A stretch of DNA of 64,000 nt from Octopus vulgaris (taxonomy: Eukaryota). The first letter of the stretch is position 1. The number at the start of each line of letters is the position of its first letter. The position numbers were made by a program, and so were the translations under genes. The DNA is taken from positions 84,692,001 through 84,756,000 of the forward strand of contig OX597821.1 of assembly GCA_951406725.2 (NCBI GenBank), written 5' to 3'. The notes below the pieces were generated by a model. That model ran no database searches, was not told the DNA's origin, and was given only the letters and a program-made list of their open reading frames with translations. Shown here piece after piece: positions 37,590 to 50,989 of the stretch.

Positions 37590-38098
37590 AATTTGAAGCC
37601 ATCGCAAGCACCTGATGCTTCTTATGTCCAGCATTTCTCTCAGGGCGCTTACACTCTGTCGTGCATGCACACTGACATTACACATCCAGTGGATCATGCT
37701 AGCTTCATTTCTTTCAAGTCTACGCATGTCCTCTGCAGTCACGGCCCATGTTTCACTACCGTGAAGCATGGCAGTTCGCACACATGCATCATACAATCTA
37801 CCTTTCACTCTGAGTGAGAGACCCTTTGTCGACAGTAGGGGTAGGAGCTTTCTAAACTTTGCTCAGGCTATTCGTATTCTAGTGGTAACACTCTCTGAGC
37901 ATCCACCACCACTACTAACTTGGTCACCCAGGTAGCGGAAACTATCAACTACTTTTAGTTTCTCCCCCTGGAGTGTGATGGAATCTGTTTTCTGAGTATT
38001 TGTGGTGTCTATTGTCCCTGTGCATCTGCCGCACATGAAAGCTATCTTATCAGTTAATTTCCCTTTGATGTTGCTGCACCTCTTATGCGTCCATAGCT
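37590..38098 (-). mobile_element. RTE-like LINE internal fragment
   Basis: KGRLYDACVRTAMLHGSETWAVTAEDMRRLERNE. Confidence 0.8.
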
Positions 38099-39475
38099 AA
38101 ATCATTAAAAAACTGAGAAAATGGATTGTCAGAGATGACAGTGATGTTTGACAAAAACAATAAAGATGAGAAACAATGAGGCAATGAAATGGTAGAATGA
38201 ATAGAGTGTCAGATGAAATATGTTGCAGTATTTATTTACATTTCAGTTTCTCATTGTATTTGTCCTGTCACTTTGTGTTCTTAGGTTTTAATCCTACAGA
38301 GGTTAGCTTCGTTTTCCATCCTTTTGGGGTTGATACAATAAAAAGTTACGAATGCAGGATGGTTGATTGGCAGAGCTTTAAGAACATTGGACTGGATTCC
38401 GTGTGATATTTGTCTCAAATCTTTGTATTCTGAGTTCAGATCCTGCCATGACCTACTTAACATCACCACCTAACACTTTGGGTGCCCTTAGCAGCATCCA
38501 CTTTGTTACAAGCATTTGAGCCTGACCCCCAGTTGCAAGCTTTCAGGTTTGGTTGCCTCCCTCCCTCTTGCTAGTCTGAGAGGCCATGTCATGGTCCCTG
38601 CTTTCCTGCCTGACCAAAAGGAATAGTTGCAAGTGGAGGCATTCGCTGTAATAGCACACCGCTGTATCCATCATTTGTTGGTGATTCCCTGCTCCTGACA
38701 GATGACACCTTTGCACCCACTCAAGTGACAACCCTCCATCCCATGTTTGGAAAGTTATTGCTGATGAGGGTTTAACGAGGTCAGAGTGCAAATTCTGCCT
38801 CAACCTCTTTCAGTCACCTTTTATGACACGCTAAAAGAATTGTTAGGTCTGTTCTTTGACATTCCAGACCCCACACTGCACTAGAGCAACATACAATAAC
38901 GTGTTTTGCTCAAGAAACAATGCACTGCTAGGCCTGGGAATTGAATCCATTATCTGGCAATCATGAATGCAACACCTTAACCACCAGGCTACATGCCACA
39001 GCAAAAGATGGAAAGCAATTTCTGGGTTTTAATTCTGTTAACTTTATCTTTCATCCTTCTACTTTGATAAAACTAGTGCCATTCAAGTTTAATATAATCC
39101 TCTCTACCATTAGCCCTTTTCACACCAGCTCACTCAATTTAACTAAGGTTTCTTACATATCAATAATGCCAAAAAATAATCAATGATTAATGACATAAAA
39201 AATATTAATAGTGATATTAATAATCTTTCCTACTGTAGGCACAAAACTCGAAATTTTGTGGTTGTAGAATAGTCAATCACATCAACCCCTGTATCCAACT
39301 GGAACTTGTTTGATCAACCCTGAAAGGATGACCATACCACCAATGTTGTTGTGATGGTTTCATGCATGAAATATTTACTTGAGCACCCTGTGCAAATATG
39401 CACATACATAACTGATTTTGTATTACAGAATTATTCCTTGTTTGATTTGTAGTGTGTGTGATATATATATATATA

Positions 39476-39749
39476 TCATCATCATCATTTAATGTCCGCT
39501 TTCCATGCTACCATGGGTTGGACGATTTGACTGAGGACTGGCGAACCAGATGGCTGCACCAGGCTCCAATCTTGATCTGGCAGAGTTTCTTCAGCTGGAT
39601 GCCCTTCCTAATGCCAACCACTCTGAAAGTGTAGTGGGTGCTTTTATGTGCCACCAGCATGAGGGCCAGTCAGGCGGTACTGGCAATGACCACGCTCAAA
39701 TGGTGTTTTTTACATGCCACCTGCACAGGAGCCAGTCCAGCAGCACTGG

Positions 39750-39752
<3 letters not shown>
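39476..39752 (-). mobile_element. SINE family D
   Basis: Family core, inverted. Confidence 0.8.
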
Positions 39753-39802
<50 letters not shown>

Positions 39803-40049
39803 AATTATTATTTCTAAATCTCTGAATGAGAAACATTCAGTAACAGTATTCTAGAGTAAAGATTATTTGCCAACATCATGTGGCAGTTCTAGTTAGAATG
39901 AACGTTACTGTTTTTTAGCCCCAGGAAACATCGTCTCCAGCTGGCTTTCGACACACTATCTACATCCTTATATTTTCAAACAAGGGAGCTTAGTGTCCCC
40001 ACTCTCCCTTATTTGAAAATATATATATTTTTTATTTTCTCTTTTGTAG

Positions 40050-40114
40050 AGGATATCGACCCAAGTATTGGTAAATTCCGGAATCTTGTGCAGACAACTA
40101 TTATTCCTAGCAAG
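40050..40114 (+). CDS. PPP1R8: NIPP1 coding exon 6: (E)DIDPSIGKFRNLVQTTIIPSK
   Basis: TTTTGTAG acceptor, GTTAGT donor; parallels EDVDPSVGRFRNMVQT. Confidence 0.95.
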
Positions 40115-42663
40115 GTTAGTATTTGACTATTCACATTTCTTTTGGTTGTTTAAATCTCCTATTAGTCTTGTTCTGTTGTTTAGTTTTCATCATCATCATC
40201 ATCATTGTTTAATATCCATCTACCATGCATGCATCGATAGGATGGGTAATAGGAGCTGGCCAAGTAGAAGACTACCCCAGGCTTCAGCGTCTGCTTTGGC
40301 ATGGTTTTTATGGCTGGATGCCCGTCCTAACACCAACCACTTCTCGGGGTGGAGTGAATGCTTTTTATGTGGCACTGGCACAAGTGAGGCCAGTTTTGTG
40401 TGTTAAAATATTCAAAATTACAAAGTGTACCTTGGGTACAACCTAATCACCAGGCTATGTGCCTCACCAAATGATGGAAAGCAATTTCTGGGTTTAAATT
40501 CTGTTAACTTTACCTTTCATCCTTCTACTCTGATAAAACTAGTGCCATTCAAGTACAACGTAGTCCTCTCTACCATTAGCCCTTTTCACATATTGGTATA
40601 TTGGTGATTGATTTTGTGCCAGTCAGCTGGATGGTCATCTGGATTAAGTCTAGCTCTAGGAGATTTGGGGGTAGCAGCAGTAGCAGCACTCTCTCATACC
40701 TGTGTAGTACTCTGTAGTATGTATTTTACTTAAACTTTGCAGATACACAGTAATTGATATGGGTTCAAATATTTTCGGGTTTCGACCCTTTAACATTTAA
40801 ACCAGCCATATCTGACCAAATAATTCCACATGTTTTATGTTCAAAGTGGCCTGATCTGGCCTCTCACATCTACCCTACAGTATTATTCTAGAAATAAACA
40901 ATCACATGTCAAAGTCTCAAAGTGGTATGATAATCCTTGATTAATCCAAAACAATGTGAATAAATAAGCATTACATTTGACAGAATAATCTGAGTACGAA
41001 AGGGTTAAAGAGGAATCCTAGACTATGTGATGTGATTTTGACAATGTGATGTGAGAGTGGTTGCCATGAGAGATCACAAGGCCTAGCAATGAGGGTTTTA
41101 ACTTAGCAGTAAATGTCACCAGTTTTGCCACTAAAATTGACTGACCTATTACTTAACGGTAGACTGCAATAGTTGTAGCAGTCTAGTAACTCTATTTCAT
41201 TGTCACTCCACTTCTTTATTCAATTTTTATTTATTTATTTTTCAAAGTTATTGTTTGGCCTTTTAGTTAAATGATAATGTCTATTATACACAGTGCGTAT
41301 TGTTGAGCATATAAGAAATTGACAACTAAATCTGTTACCTGCTTTTGACACCTAGTGGCAACTACTATGTTTGATCATCATCACCATCATCACCATCATC
41401 ATCATTTAGCATTCATGTTCCATGCTGGTATGGATTGGGCAGTTCAACAGATTCTGATGGGTGCAAGGACCACATCATGTTCCAGTGTCTACTTTGGCAT
41501 GATTTTTATGGCTGGATGCTCTTCCTTAACACCAACCACTTGACAGTTTGTACTGGGTGCTTTTCTCATAACACCAGCACTGGTAATGTCACCATGCAGC
41601 TCGGAAGCCTATGAAATCCCGGGGAAGTGGCTTTATGCTAGCAGATGAGGGTTAAAGCATAAAAAAAAGGTTGTGGGGCAGAGAAGGTTCTTGTTTTAGG
41701 GGAGCTACATGGCTACTCACATTTAGGAGAGAGAGAGAGTTAGAAATGAATCAGTAGACGCTGTGTGGAAAAGCATCAACATCTCAACTTCTCATTTCAT
41801 TATCCCTTCTACAAGTTCCTAAACACCTTTATATCTCCAGAATTGTTTCATTTATTGCAGCACAAAATAAGGGGCTGTTAAAGCCAGGATTACAAATTTT
41901 TAGTGAAGACTTACTTTTACAAACATTAGGTGCTAACAGGGGTCACAACTGTCCAAGTGATTATATTGCCTGTGTACTTGCTGAATATGTGACTAGTAGT
42001 ACCTACACCATGGTAAGTACCATAAAGAGGTACTGAATAATTGGTAACTGTTCCATCAATCAAATCCTTGCAGAAACAAAATCTCTCAAGTGGCTAACAC
42101 TCTGTCCCTATTTTGCAACAGCTTAATATCGGTACAATAGACATGTGATTAGAATGTTGTAGGAAAAAAATCACAAAATGGGTTCTTCAAGCCAACTGGC
42201 AGGAGGAGACCTAAGGGTAGACTAAGAAGGAAATGGTTTAAATAATGTTCAAAGTTTCAATTGATCACATTTGGGAATCTTGTCAGAAAGTCTAATGAGA
42301 GTTGTTTCTGATTGGACCCTATGGAGGACCCTTCTAGGAATAGTAGATGAAGAAGATAGATTGATAAACACCATGAAAATCAAAATAAGTTTAATCGTTT
42401 TGCAGCACCCTCTGATAATGGTGTTTCAATGAGTTGGGGTTGTGTGTCAGAATAAATACTTTACAGTATTTTGTTCCATCCTTTTACATTCTGAGTTCAA
42501 ATCCAGTTGGGGATAACTTTACCTTCCATCTTTCTGTGTTGATCAAATAGGTACCTGTCATGTACTGAGGTCAGTTTTGTGGCAGTGCTGTTGTCAATGT
42601 CGAAATTGTTATTTAACCATATTTTATTTGATTTTACTTAAGTTTCAATAAATATATTTTCAG

Positions 42664-43011
42664 CGAAACAAAGTTGAATCCAGCACAGGTTCTTCAAATA
42701 TGGGAGTGGAACCGGTAAAACGCTCAGCTAATTTTCCATTCAATGCTCCCAGTTTGTATGGTGATCTTCCTCCAGGTGGCACCAGCGATGGCCAAAGCGG
42801 CATGGGAAGTTCCTACAGCATAGCAGCCAAACTTGGCCTACCAATTCCGAACTTGGCGCCAAGTCTTGAAGAAGAAGAAACAGTGGTGCCAGTAGTGAAA
42901 GCAAACCCAGTGGTTATGAATCCAGAAGAGGCAGCCAAGGAACCAAAGAAGAAGAAATATGCAAAGGAAGCGTGGCCGGGCAAAAAGCCGTTGCCAACAT
43001 TGCTTGTGTAG
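42664..43011 (+). CDS. PPP1R8: NIPP1 coding exon 7 (C-terminal RNA-binding/inhibitory region) with stop codon
   Basis: TTTTCAG acceptor; SLYGDLPP, LPIPNLAP and the diagnostic EPKKKKYAKEAWPGKKP terminus; TAG at 43009-43011. Confidence 0.97.
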   Translation, partial: RNKVESSTGSSNMGVEPVKRSANFPFNAPSLYGDLPPGGTSDGQSGMGSSYSIAAKLGLPIPNLAPSLEEEETVVPVVKANPVVMNPEEAAKEPKKKKYAKEAWPGKKPLPTLLV

Positions 43012-43252
43012 AGACTATAGTGTGTGCATGTATGTACGTATGGCCTGTAAAATATATGTGTCTGTTTTTGTTCTGTGTGTGTGAGTCTGTGTTGGTCTTA
43101 TGGACAACGGACGGACAGACAGACAAACTGACAGGCTACTGCTATTTTGGCACTGTGAGCTATGTTGTTGTTGATGTTGTTGTTGTGGACAGTGCTGTTC
43201 CTCTTAATATTCCTGCAGTAACTGCACCAGCTCCTACTGCTCCACAAACAGA

Positions 43253-43255
<3 letters not shown>

Positions 43256-43302
<47 letters not shown>

Positions 43303-43459
43303 AGGCACTAAGTGTATGTGTGTGTGAGAGAGATAGAGAGAGAGAGAAAGCGATAGAGAATGAAAAAGCTCACTTGGAACTGTTCCCTGAACCACTCTGT
43401 AACTGCTGCACCTGTTACTACTGCTACTACTACTACTACTACTACTACTTTTACTCTTG

Positions 43460-43494
<35 letters not shown>

Positions 43495-44000
43495 GTTACT
43501 GTTCCTACTAATATTACTACTACTACTACTATTTACCATTGTCCGTGAGCTTCTCTGATACAACCAACTGTATCGATGATACCAATACGTCCACCCCTCC
43601 TTCCGACGACTGTTGTCAACAACCTCACCACTACCATCACCACCACCACCACCACCACTACCATCAACATTGACAGTACTTCTACCACAACTGTTATTAG
43701 TTGCAACTACTATACTGTTTTCACCACCACCACCACTGCAACTACTAGTACTTATCCTACTTTTACCAGCACTACCACCATTCAGAGTTACACTACCTCT
43801 GTTATGTCTACTAAATCAACCACCACCATCACCACTACCACTACCACCACTACTACTACTTATGTAATCATAGTTGTTACTACTTTTACTACATCCACTC
43901 CCGTCAACATTGGTATCCATTCTTTCCTAACTCCATCACCACCACCACCACCACCACCACCACCACCACCGCCGCCATCATCATCAACACTACCACCAAC
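43256..44000. repeat. (TG)n, (GA)n, (CTA)n and (CCA)n tracts in the probable PPP1R8 3' UTR
   Basis: Direct reading; immediately downstream of the stop codon. Confidence 0.85.
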
Positions 44001-45645
44001 ACTACGACGATTACAGCTGCTGTTGCTCAGTGTGTGTCATTACAAGCTGTGTACTACTTTAACCCATACTGTAAATTTTGCATAAAGAAAAAAAGATGTA
44101 ACTACAGATTTTTATACAGTGCTTGTACATATGGTTATTTATATACATGTATGTGTGTGTGTGTGTGAGTGTGTGTACATACGGTTCATGTACATGTATG
44201 CGTACTTAAGTATATGCATGTGTATGTGTGTAAGTATACATGTGGTTACAGTGACATGTATGTGATGACATCAGTGTATGCCTGAGAACTCGTAAGCATC
44301 TCTATATGTGTGTACACTTACAATAATATAGGCGTTGTCACGCATATGTATGTGTTTGTGAATGCGTGCACGTGTACTTCTATCTACATGCGTATATGCG
44401 TATGTTCATATGTATGTATGAGAGAGTACTCAATAATCGTAGAGTTTATATAATTTATTTATAGTAACAGATTGAAGCTTCAGTTTCAAATAATTGAATG
44501 TGTGTGTGTGTGTATGTGTGCACATATGCATCTGTGTGGGTTTGAAGATATGTGTGTGTGAACTTTTGAATGTGCAGTTGTATGTTTTGGATATGTACGT
44601 GTATTGTGAGCTAGGAAGGTTTGTGTAAGATTGCTTGTGAAAGCATATTTGTAGCAGCCAAAATGTTTGCCTCCGAGAGGAAGAGTGTGTTTTTGTTTTA
44701 GTTTTTATTTTTATTTTTCATTTGTACTGATTTTTGTTTGAGGAGTGAACTGGTCTGCCTGGAGGCAAGACAGACAAGCAATGGAAGGAAGTTAGACAAA
44801 GAAAGGTTTTAAAAAAAAAAGAGAGAGAGAGAGAGAGAGACAAGGAGTGGAATGGAGAGAAGTGCTGAGAAGAGAAAGCGACACTATACATCTGAATGTA
44901 TAAATAGACAACTACAAACCTGTCTCAAGTCATGCTCATATTTATATGGAAAAAAAAAAAGCTGTTAATCTATATTTATATTCTTGAAGTTATTTCTTGT
45001 TATAAATATCAAATGAAAGGATTATACTTTGCTAATTTGGACAGTAATAGAATACTATCAGCCTATCCACTGAGGGCTTAGTGACTCATGAATTATCCAA
45101 AAAGTAAACATGATGTTGTCGTTTAGTTCTTGGTCAGCTCTGATGAGGCAAACTTATGATCAAAGAATTCCATCCATGACCATCCGATTTTATTTTCATA
45201 CATAATGCATCCAAAACCACATTATCTAACATGTGTCATTCTTGTCTCAGTCAATAATGTGTAATTTGAGGGAAAATTTAGCTGTTATCTCTAGTTGATT
45301 GAGTGATTACATGGAGGCATCCTCATTGGTTTATAAATGTGATATTTATGGAGGTAAATGTTTTATAAGAGTAAAACATCCTGATTTGGCAACAACAGTT
45401 TATCATCTGTGATGGTCACTTGGAATAGGATCCATAAGAGGACCAGTCCTTAATCTGCCCCAAGTTAGTTACGGTATATATATATATATATATATATGCA
45501 CATGTGTTGCTGTGTGGTTGAGAAGCCTGTTTCCAAGTCATGTGGTCTTAGGTTCAGTTCTACTGTGAAACATGATACATAGGAGGAGCAGTCCTTATTC
45601 TGCCCCAAGTTCGTTACAGTATATATATATATGTATATATATATA

Positions 45646-45805
45646 GGCATAGGAGTGGCTGTGTGGTAAGTAGCTTGCTTACAAACCACTTGGTTCCAGG
45701 TTCAGTCCCACTGCGTGGCATCTTGGGCAAATGTCTTCTACTATAGCTTTGGACCGACCAAAGCCTTGTGAGTGGATTTGGTAGATGGAAACTGAAAGAA
45801 GCCCG

Positions 45806-45843
<38 letters not shown>

Positions 45844-45847
45844 ATAT

Positions 45848-45884
<37 letters not shown>

Positions 45885-46137
45885 TATAATATATATATAT
45901 ATATAGATATGTATATATATATATGTATGTGTGTGTTTGTGTGTCTGTGTTTGTCCCCCCCAACATCGCTTGACAACTGATGCTGGTGTGTTTACGTCCC
46001 CGTAACTTAGCGGTTCAGCAGAAGATGCCAATAGAATAAGTACTAGGTTTACGAAGAATAAGTCCTGGGTCGATTTGCTTGACTAAAGGCGGTGCTCCAG
46101 CATGGCCACAGTCAAATGACTGAAACAAGTAAAAGAG
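45646..46137 (+). mobile_element. SINE family B with expanded internal (TA)n
   Basis: Family consensus match. Confidence 0.9.
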
Positions 46138-46459
46138 TATGTATATATATATACATATATACACACACACACACGTGTTGCCATGTAGTTAAGAAGCTGG
46201 TTTCCCAATCATGTGGTCTGGGGTTCAGCTCTACTGTGCAACACCTGGGCAAGAATCTCCTATAGCCTTGTGAATGGATTTGGCAGATAGAAACAGGAAG
46301 CGGCCCATTGTATGTACATATGTGTGTTGGTTTGTTTATGTCCCTGTAACTTAATGGTTCAGTAAAACAAACCTATAGAATAAGGACCAATAAAATAAGT
46401 ACCAGTGTTGATTTGTTTGACCTTCATGGCCACACATAAAAGCTGAAAGACACACACCG

Positions 46460-48200
46460 TCATACTGGCTGCTATGAATTTAGAACCATTAAGTAGATTT
46501 TTGAATTTTTTATTGTTTTCAAATAGTATAATCAATACATATTGATAATATGAAGAAATTTATCAGCACTTAAAACAAATTATAAAAATTTATTTGAATA
46601 ATATTTAATTTGAATAATTTTTTCAAAAGTCTTCCATGGTTTTAAATTTCACAATTCCATTAATTTAGAACCACAAGTAAAGAGTTGCAAACTTTAATTA
46701 AAATTCATGATGAAACCATCATACATTGTTACAGTATTATACTACACAAGAACACTGTTTATTACAGAGCATTACTTTGTATCTCAGGTGTTGTCAGGTG
46801 TGAAAGCTGTATCACCTACAGAGACACTGTCATTATGATTCTCCTGGATGTATTAGACCATTAAAAACATCCTCAACAGCAGAGATATTTATTCACAGAA
46901 TGTTAGAAGTCAACTACTGAATATGTCTGCAGTTGATATCAAGTAGAATGAAGACTTGCACAGCATTAAAGCAATCAATGAGAACTGTCTGCAAATGAAC
47001 CAAGTAGTCTGGATTAATTGGAATGTGTCACAAGCAGAGTGCCAATAATATCTGAGGAAAACTGTAAAGCATGCTTTGAATTCATCAGGGCTCAAATAGA
47101 TTGGCCCTTACAGAGTGGATTCTTGTGGGGTGAATGGCCTAATCCGAGTTTTGCTGGTTTGGATTTGCAAAATGTGTGTGAAACATCCTAATGAGAAATA
47201 GAATCTCAGCTGTCTGCAGAGCACTGTAAAGAAAGGCAGAAATAGTTCATGGTCTGGGGAGTGGGTTTTTCAGCTCAGATGAATCATAATTCATAACAAC
47301 AACCTTAAACACACCCAGCCATTCTGTAAGCTGTTCATTTCTTATAAACATAACCTGTTTCCTTGTTCAACACCCCCATCTGATGGCACCTTTGGTACTT
47401 TTAGTGGTGTTCACTTTGTTGCAATCAATCGTGCCAGATCTCCAGTTTGAGAATACCATTTCCTTCCCTCTTAATATTCTTGGAAGCTCCATAAGATTTC
47501 TTGAATAAAAGATACAAAAAAAGCGTATATTTCTGATATACTTGGATCACATCAAATGAATGCACATCTTTAATATGAAAATTGGCTTTCTTCCTGAAGT
47601 TGTATTATGTATACTGACAGTTGGGAAGGAGCTCCTATACAACTTTGTTGTATAACTATTTTTGGTCTGACATCATACTTGAAATTTTAAACTAAGTCCT
47701 TTCCCTAGTTACAGCAATGTTAGACACATGAAAATTCAGAGCTTTTATTCTCATAGAAACATTGGTCCTTATCCACTACATGCCAACAATGGATATTTCA
47801 TCAGTCACATATGCCAATGGTGGGTATTTTATCAATCACATTACTAATGTATTTCATCTAATCACACAAAATATTAAGTCTTTCTTTCATTTTCTTGAAA
47901 ATGTTCTGCTGGATCAATCCAGCACACTGCATTATAGATCTTAGCTGAATTCTTGTTAATGTGTTCCCACAGAAACTCTGTGCTATGTCAAATTATAGAA
48001 CAATGGTTGGCAGGTTACTGGAATCGGAATGCCACACTGACAACCTTTCTGACCTGACATGCCAAGTCGAATTAATTCAATCGAGTGTGAAAGTGTTCAT
48101 GTGTTCATTATAGACTTTCATAATGTTTCTCTCTGTTTCACATATAATGAAACTATTTGTACTATTTCAGAAATATAAAAAAGACTAAAAACAAAATAAA
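46460..48200. mobile_element. Possible very degraded Tc1-like transposon
   Basis: Only faint motif remnants (SPD-like near 47090 on minus, HNNNLKHT near 47290 on plus); orientation inconsistent. Confidence 0.3.
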
Positions 48201-48285
48201 TTTTTAGTTATTAGTTTCTGTTATCACAGTTTGTTTTATCACAAGTAGTGTCATGTTTTTCAAAGTAAAATAATTTTTTAAATTA

Positions 48286-48514
48286 TTAACCCTTTCGTTA
48301 CTGTATTTATTTTGAGATGCTCTGTGTTTCTTTCAATTAATTTAAAATATAACAAAGAATTTAGTAAAATAACTTAGTTATCATTAAGCTAATGTTAGGA
48401 ACATGAATTGTGACTAAGGTTTGGTGGAAGATTTTAATTCTAAACTTATGAAAACAAGTTATTTGTACTCAGAGCCAGAGATGGTTTCAGCTGGGTTGGT
48501 CACAAAAGGGTTAA
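48286..48514. mobile_element. piggyBac-like MITE
   Basis: TTAA-CCCTTTCGTTAC...GTCACAAAAGGG-TTAA. Confidence 0.8.
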
Positions 48515-49020
48515 ACTCCACCTTTCTTTGTTTCTTTTTAAAGATTGGCCAGTTCAGCTTTGTGGATTATAATAACTGGATTATTGAGTACATAGTCATT
48601 GTTATCATTTATCATCATCATCAGCTGTAGAAACACTGCCAGATCTGACTGGGCCTGGTGCAGCCTTCGGGCTTCCCAGACCCCAGTTGAACCGTCCAAC
48701 CCATGCTAGCATGGAAAGCGGACGTTAAACGATGACGATGATAATCATCATCATCATCATTTAATGTCCATTTTTCATGCTGGCATGGGTTGGGTTTGGT
48801 AGAAACTGGCAAACCAGAAGACTGCACCTAGCTCTACTATCTACTTTGGCATTGCGTCTATGGCTGGATGCCCTTCTTGATGTCAGCTACGTTGCAGCAT
48901 CTACTGGATGGCTTTTACCAGGCACCAGTACCAGCGAGGTCACTAAATAACTTGCTCAACAAAGATCTCTTAACTGCGAGAGGGAATGGTATTGAGGGAG
49001 GTGACTTTGTGCCAGGGGAT

Positions 49021-49395
49021 TTTTTGGAAGCACTCCGTCAGTTACGACAACGAGGGTTCTGGTTGATCCGAATCAATGGAACAGCCTGCTCGTGAAATTA
49101 ACGTGTAAGTGGCTGAGCACTCCACAGACACGTGTACCCTTAACGTAGTTCTCGGGGATATTCAGCGTGACACAGAGAGTGACAAGGCCGGCCCTTTGAA
49201 ATACAGGTACAACAGAAACAGGAAGTAAGAGTGAGAGAAAGTTGTGGTGAAAGAGTACAGCAGGGATCACCACCATCCCTGCCGGAGCCTTGTGGAGCTT
49301 TAGGTGTTTTCGCTTAATAAACACTCACAACGCCCGGTCTGGGAATCGAAACTGCGAGTCCGCTGCCCAAACCACTGGGCCATTGCGCCTCCACT
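49021..49395 (-). mobile_element. Full-length family A variant SINE
   Basis: TSD TGCCAGGGGAT at 49010-49020 and 49396-49406. Confidence 0.9.
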
Positions 49396-50288
49396 TGCCA
49401 GGGGATAAGCAGTGAGGCTATGATGGAGGGACAGAAACAGGTGCCTTACTGTAGAAGAAACCCATGGTTATCCCAGTCAGAGGAAGAGAGGGAGAGGCGA
49501 GTTCAAATTTTAATAACTTTCTTTTGGGCCTGTAACAATGTACCTCACCCTGTTTGCACCATTTACCCTGATAAAAATTAACTTCCATGGTGGTGAGATG
49601 TGGGCCCTGAATACAGGTGACCTGTGAAGACTAGAAAGAAATTAAGGAAGCTGTGCCCCCCTGGATATATAATGTATATTCCAGCTATAAATGTCTTGTA
49701 TTTAGTTATCCCCCTTTAATTTTAGAGTCAAACCCTTTAGTATTCAGATTGCTCTGTCAAATGTAATGCTTATGTATTCATGTAATTTTAAATTAATGAT
49801 ACATTATTTCGTAGCTTTGAGATTTCGATAATGTGATTATCTATTTTTTTTTTTTTTTTCATTTTTAAAATGACATTAGGGATAGGTATGGAAGGCCAAA
49901 TCTAACCAGTTTGAAGATAAAACATAATATTTTGGCCAATTTAAATGCTTAAGTGTTAAATGTCATTTCACCAACCATCTTTCCTTGGTGAATTTATTCA
50001 GCTGTAATCTCTCCAAAAATACATAGTTTTTTGGGGGGTTTTTTCGCATTTAGAATAGGGAGATGGCATCATTCTTGCAGATTCCACAGTACTAACCAGG
50101 AGGTTTGAGCCAGTAGTGATACTTGGACACAGGTCAGGGCTTCATCAACCCTGGCTGGGTCACCTGGGTGAAGGTGTTTGATTGTTGCAAGACCCAAATC
50201 AATGACACCAGGAAACATCACTAATAATGTATCCAAGCGCATCACAGGGTGATGTATACTTATAGATATGAACAACAGACGTTACATG

Positions 50289-50323
<35 letters not shown>

Positions 50324-50989
50324 GGTCAAGATAGGATGTAGCAGTCCCCTGCTGGGTATATATCCTTCTTGAAGCCTGAAAGTTTTGGTTATATCACCAA
50401 CTCTTTGATGCTGCCTCACTAAATTGCCACTGACCAGTCACTGTTGATCTTCTTACTCATTTTAGCCAGCTGGGTGAACTGAAGCCACATGAAGTAAAGT
50501 GTCTTGCCCAAGGACATAATGCACATTCTGGACAGGGAATCAAATTCATGACCTAATGATCAAGAGCCCAGTTGCCTAACCACAGGGCCATCTGCACTCC
50601 TTTACAGTGAGATCAATACGGTTGATATTAAACATTCATCTAAAAGCACTGCACTAGCAGAATAATCAGCATGCTGGACAATATGTTTAGTGGCTATTCC
50701 TCTGACTTTATGTACATTCCAAGTTTTAATTCTTCCAGGGTCAACTTTTACCTTTCAAGTTGATAAAATTAGTACCAGTTGAGCACTGTGGTCAATACAA
50801 TCAACTACCCGTCTCCACCAATTTTTCAGGCTTTGTGCCTCTAACAGAGACAATATTAAATCCTCAGTCTCAGATCAATGTAGTTGATGTGGTATCTTAC
50901 ACTTAGTGTGATATCTTCTCTTGCAGCCTTCTTGCATTTATGTACTGAGATGAGTACAAAAAGTAACTGGTTCCTAATAACACAGAATT

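Noticed and set aside
42700-43011. Stand-alone 103-aa gene
   Set aside because: It is the distal part of PPP1R8 exon 7; the frame is open back to the acceptor at 42664
43576-44085. 169-aa Thr/Pro-rich ORF after PPP1R8
   Set aside because: Trinucleotide-repeat artefact; in-frame TAG shortly after the PPP1R8 stop rules out readthrough
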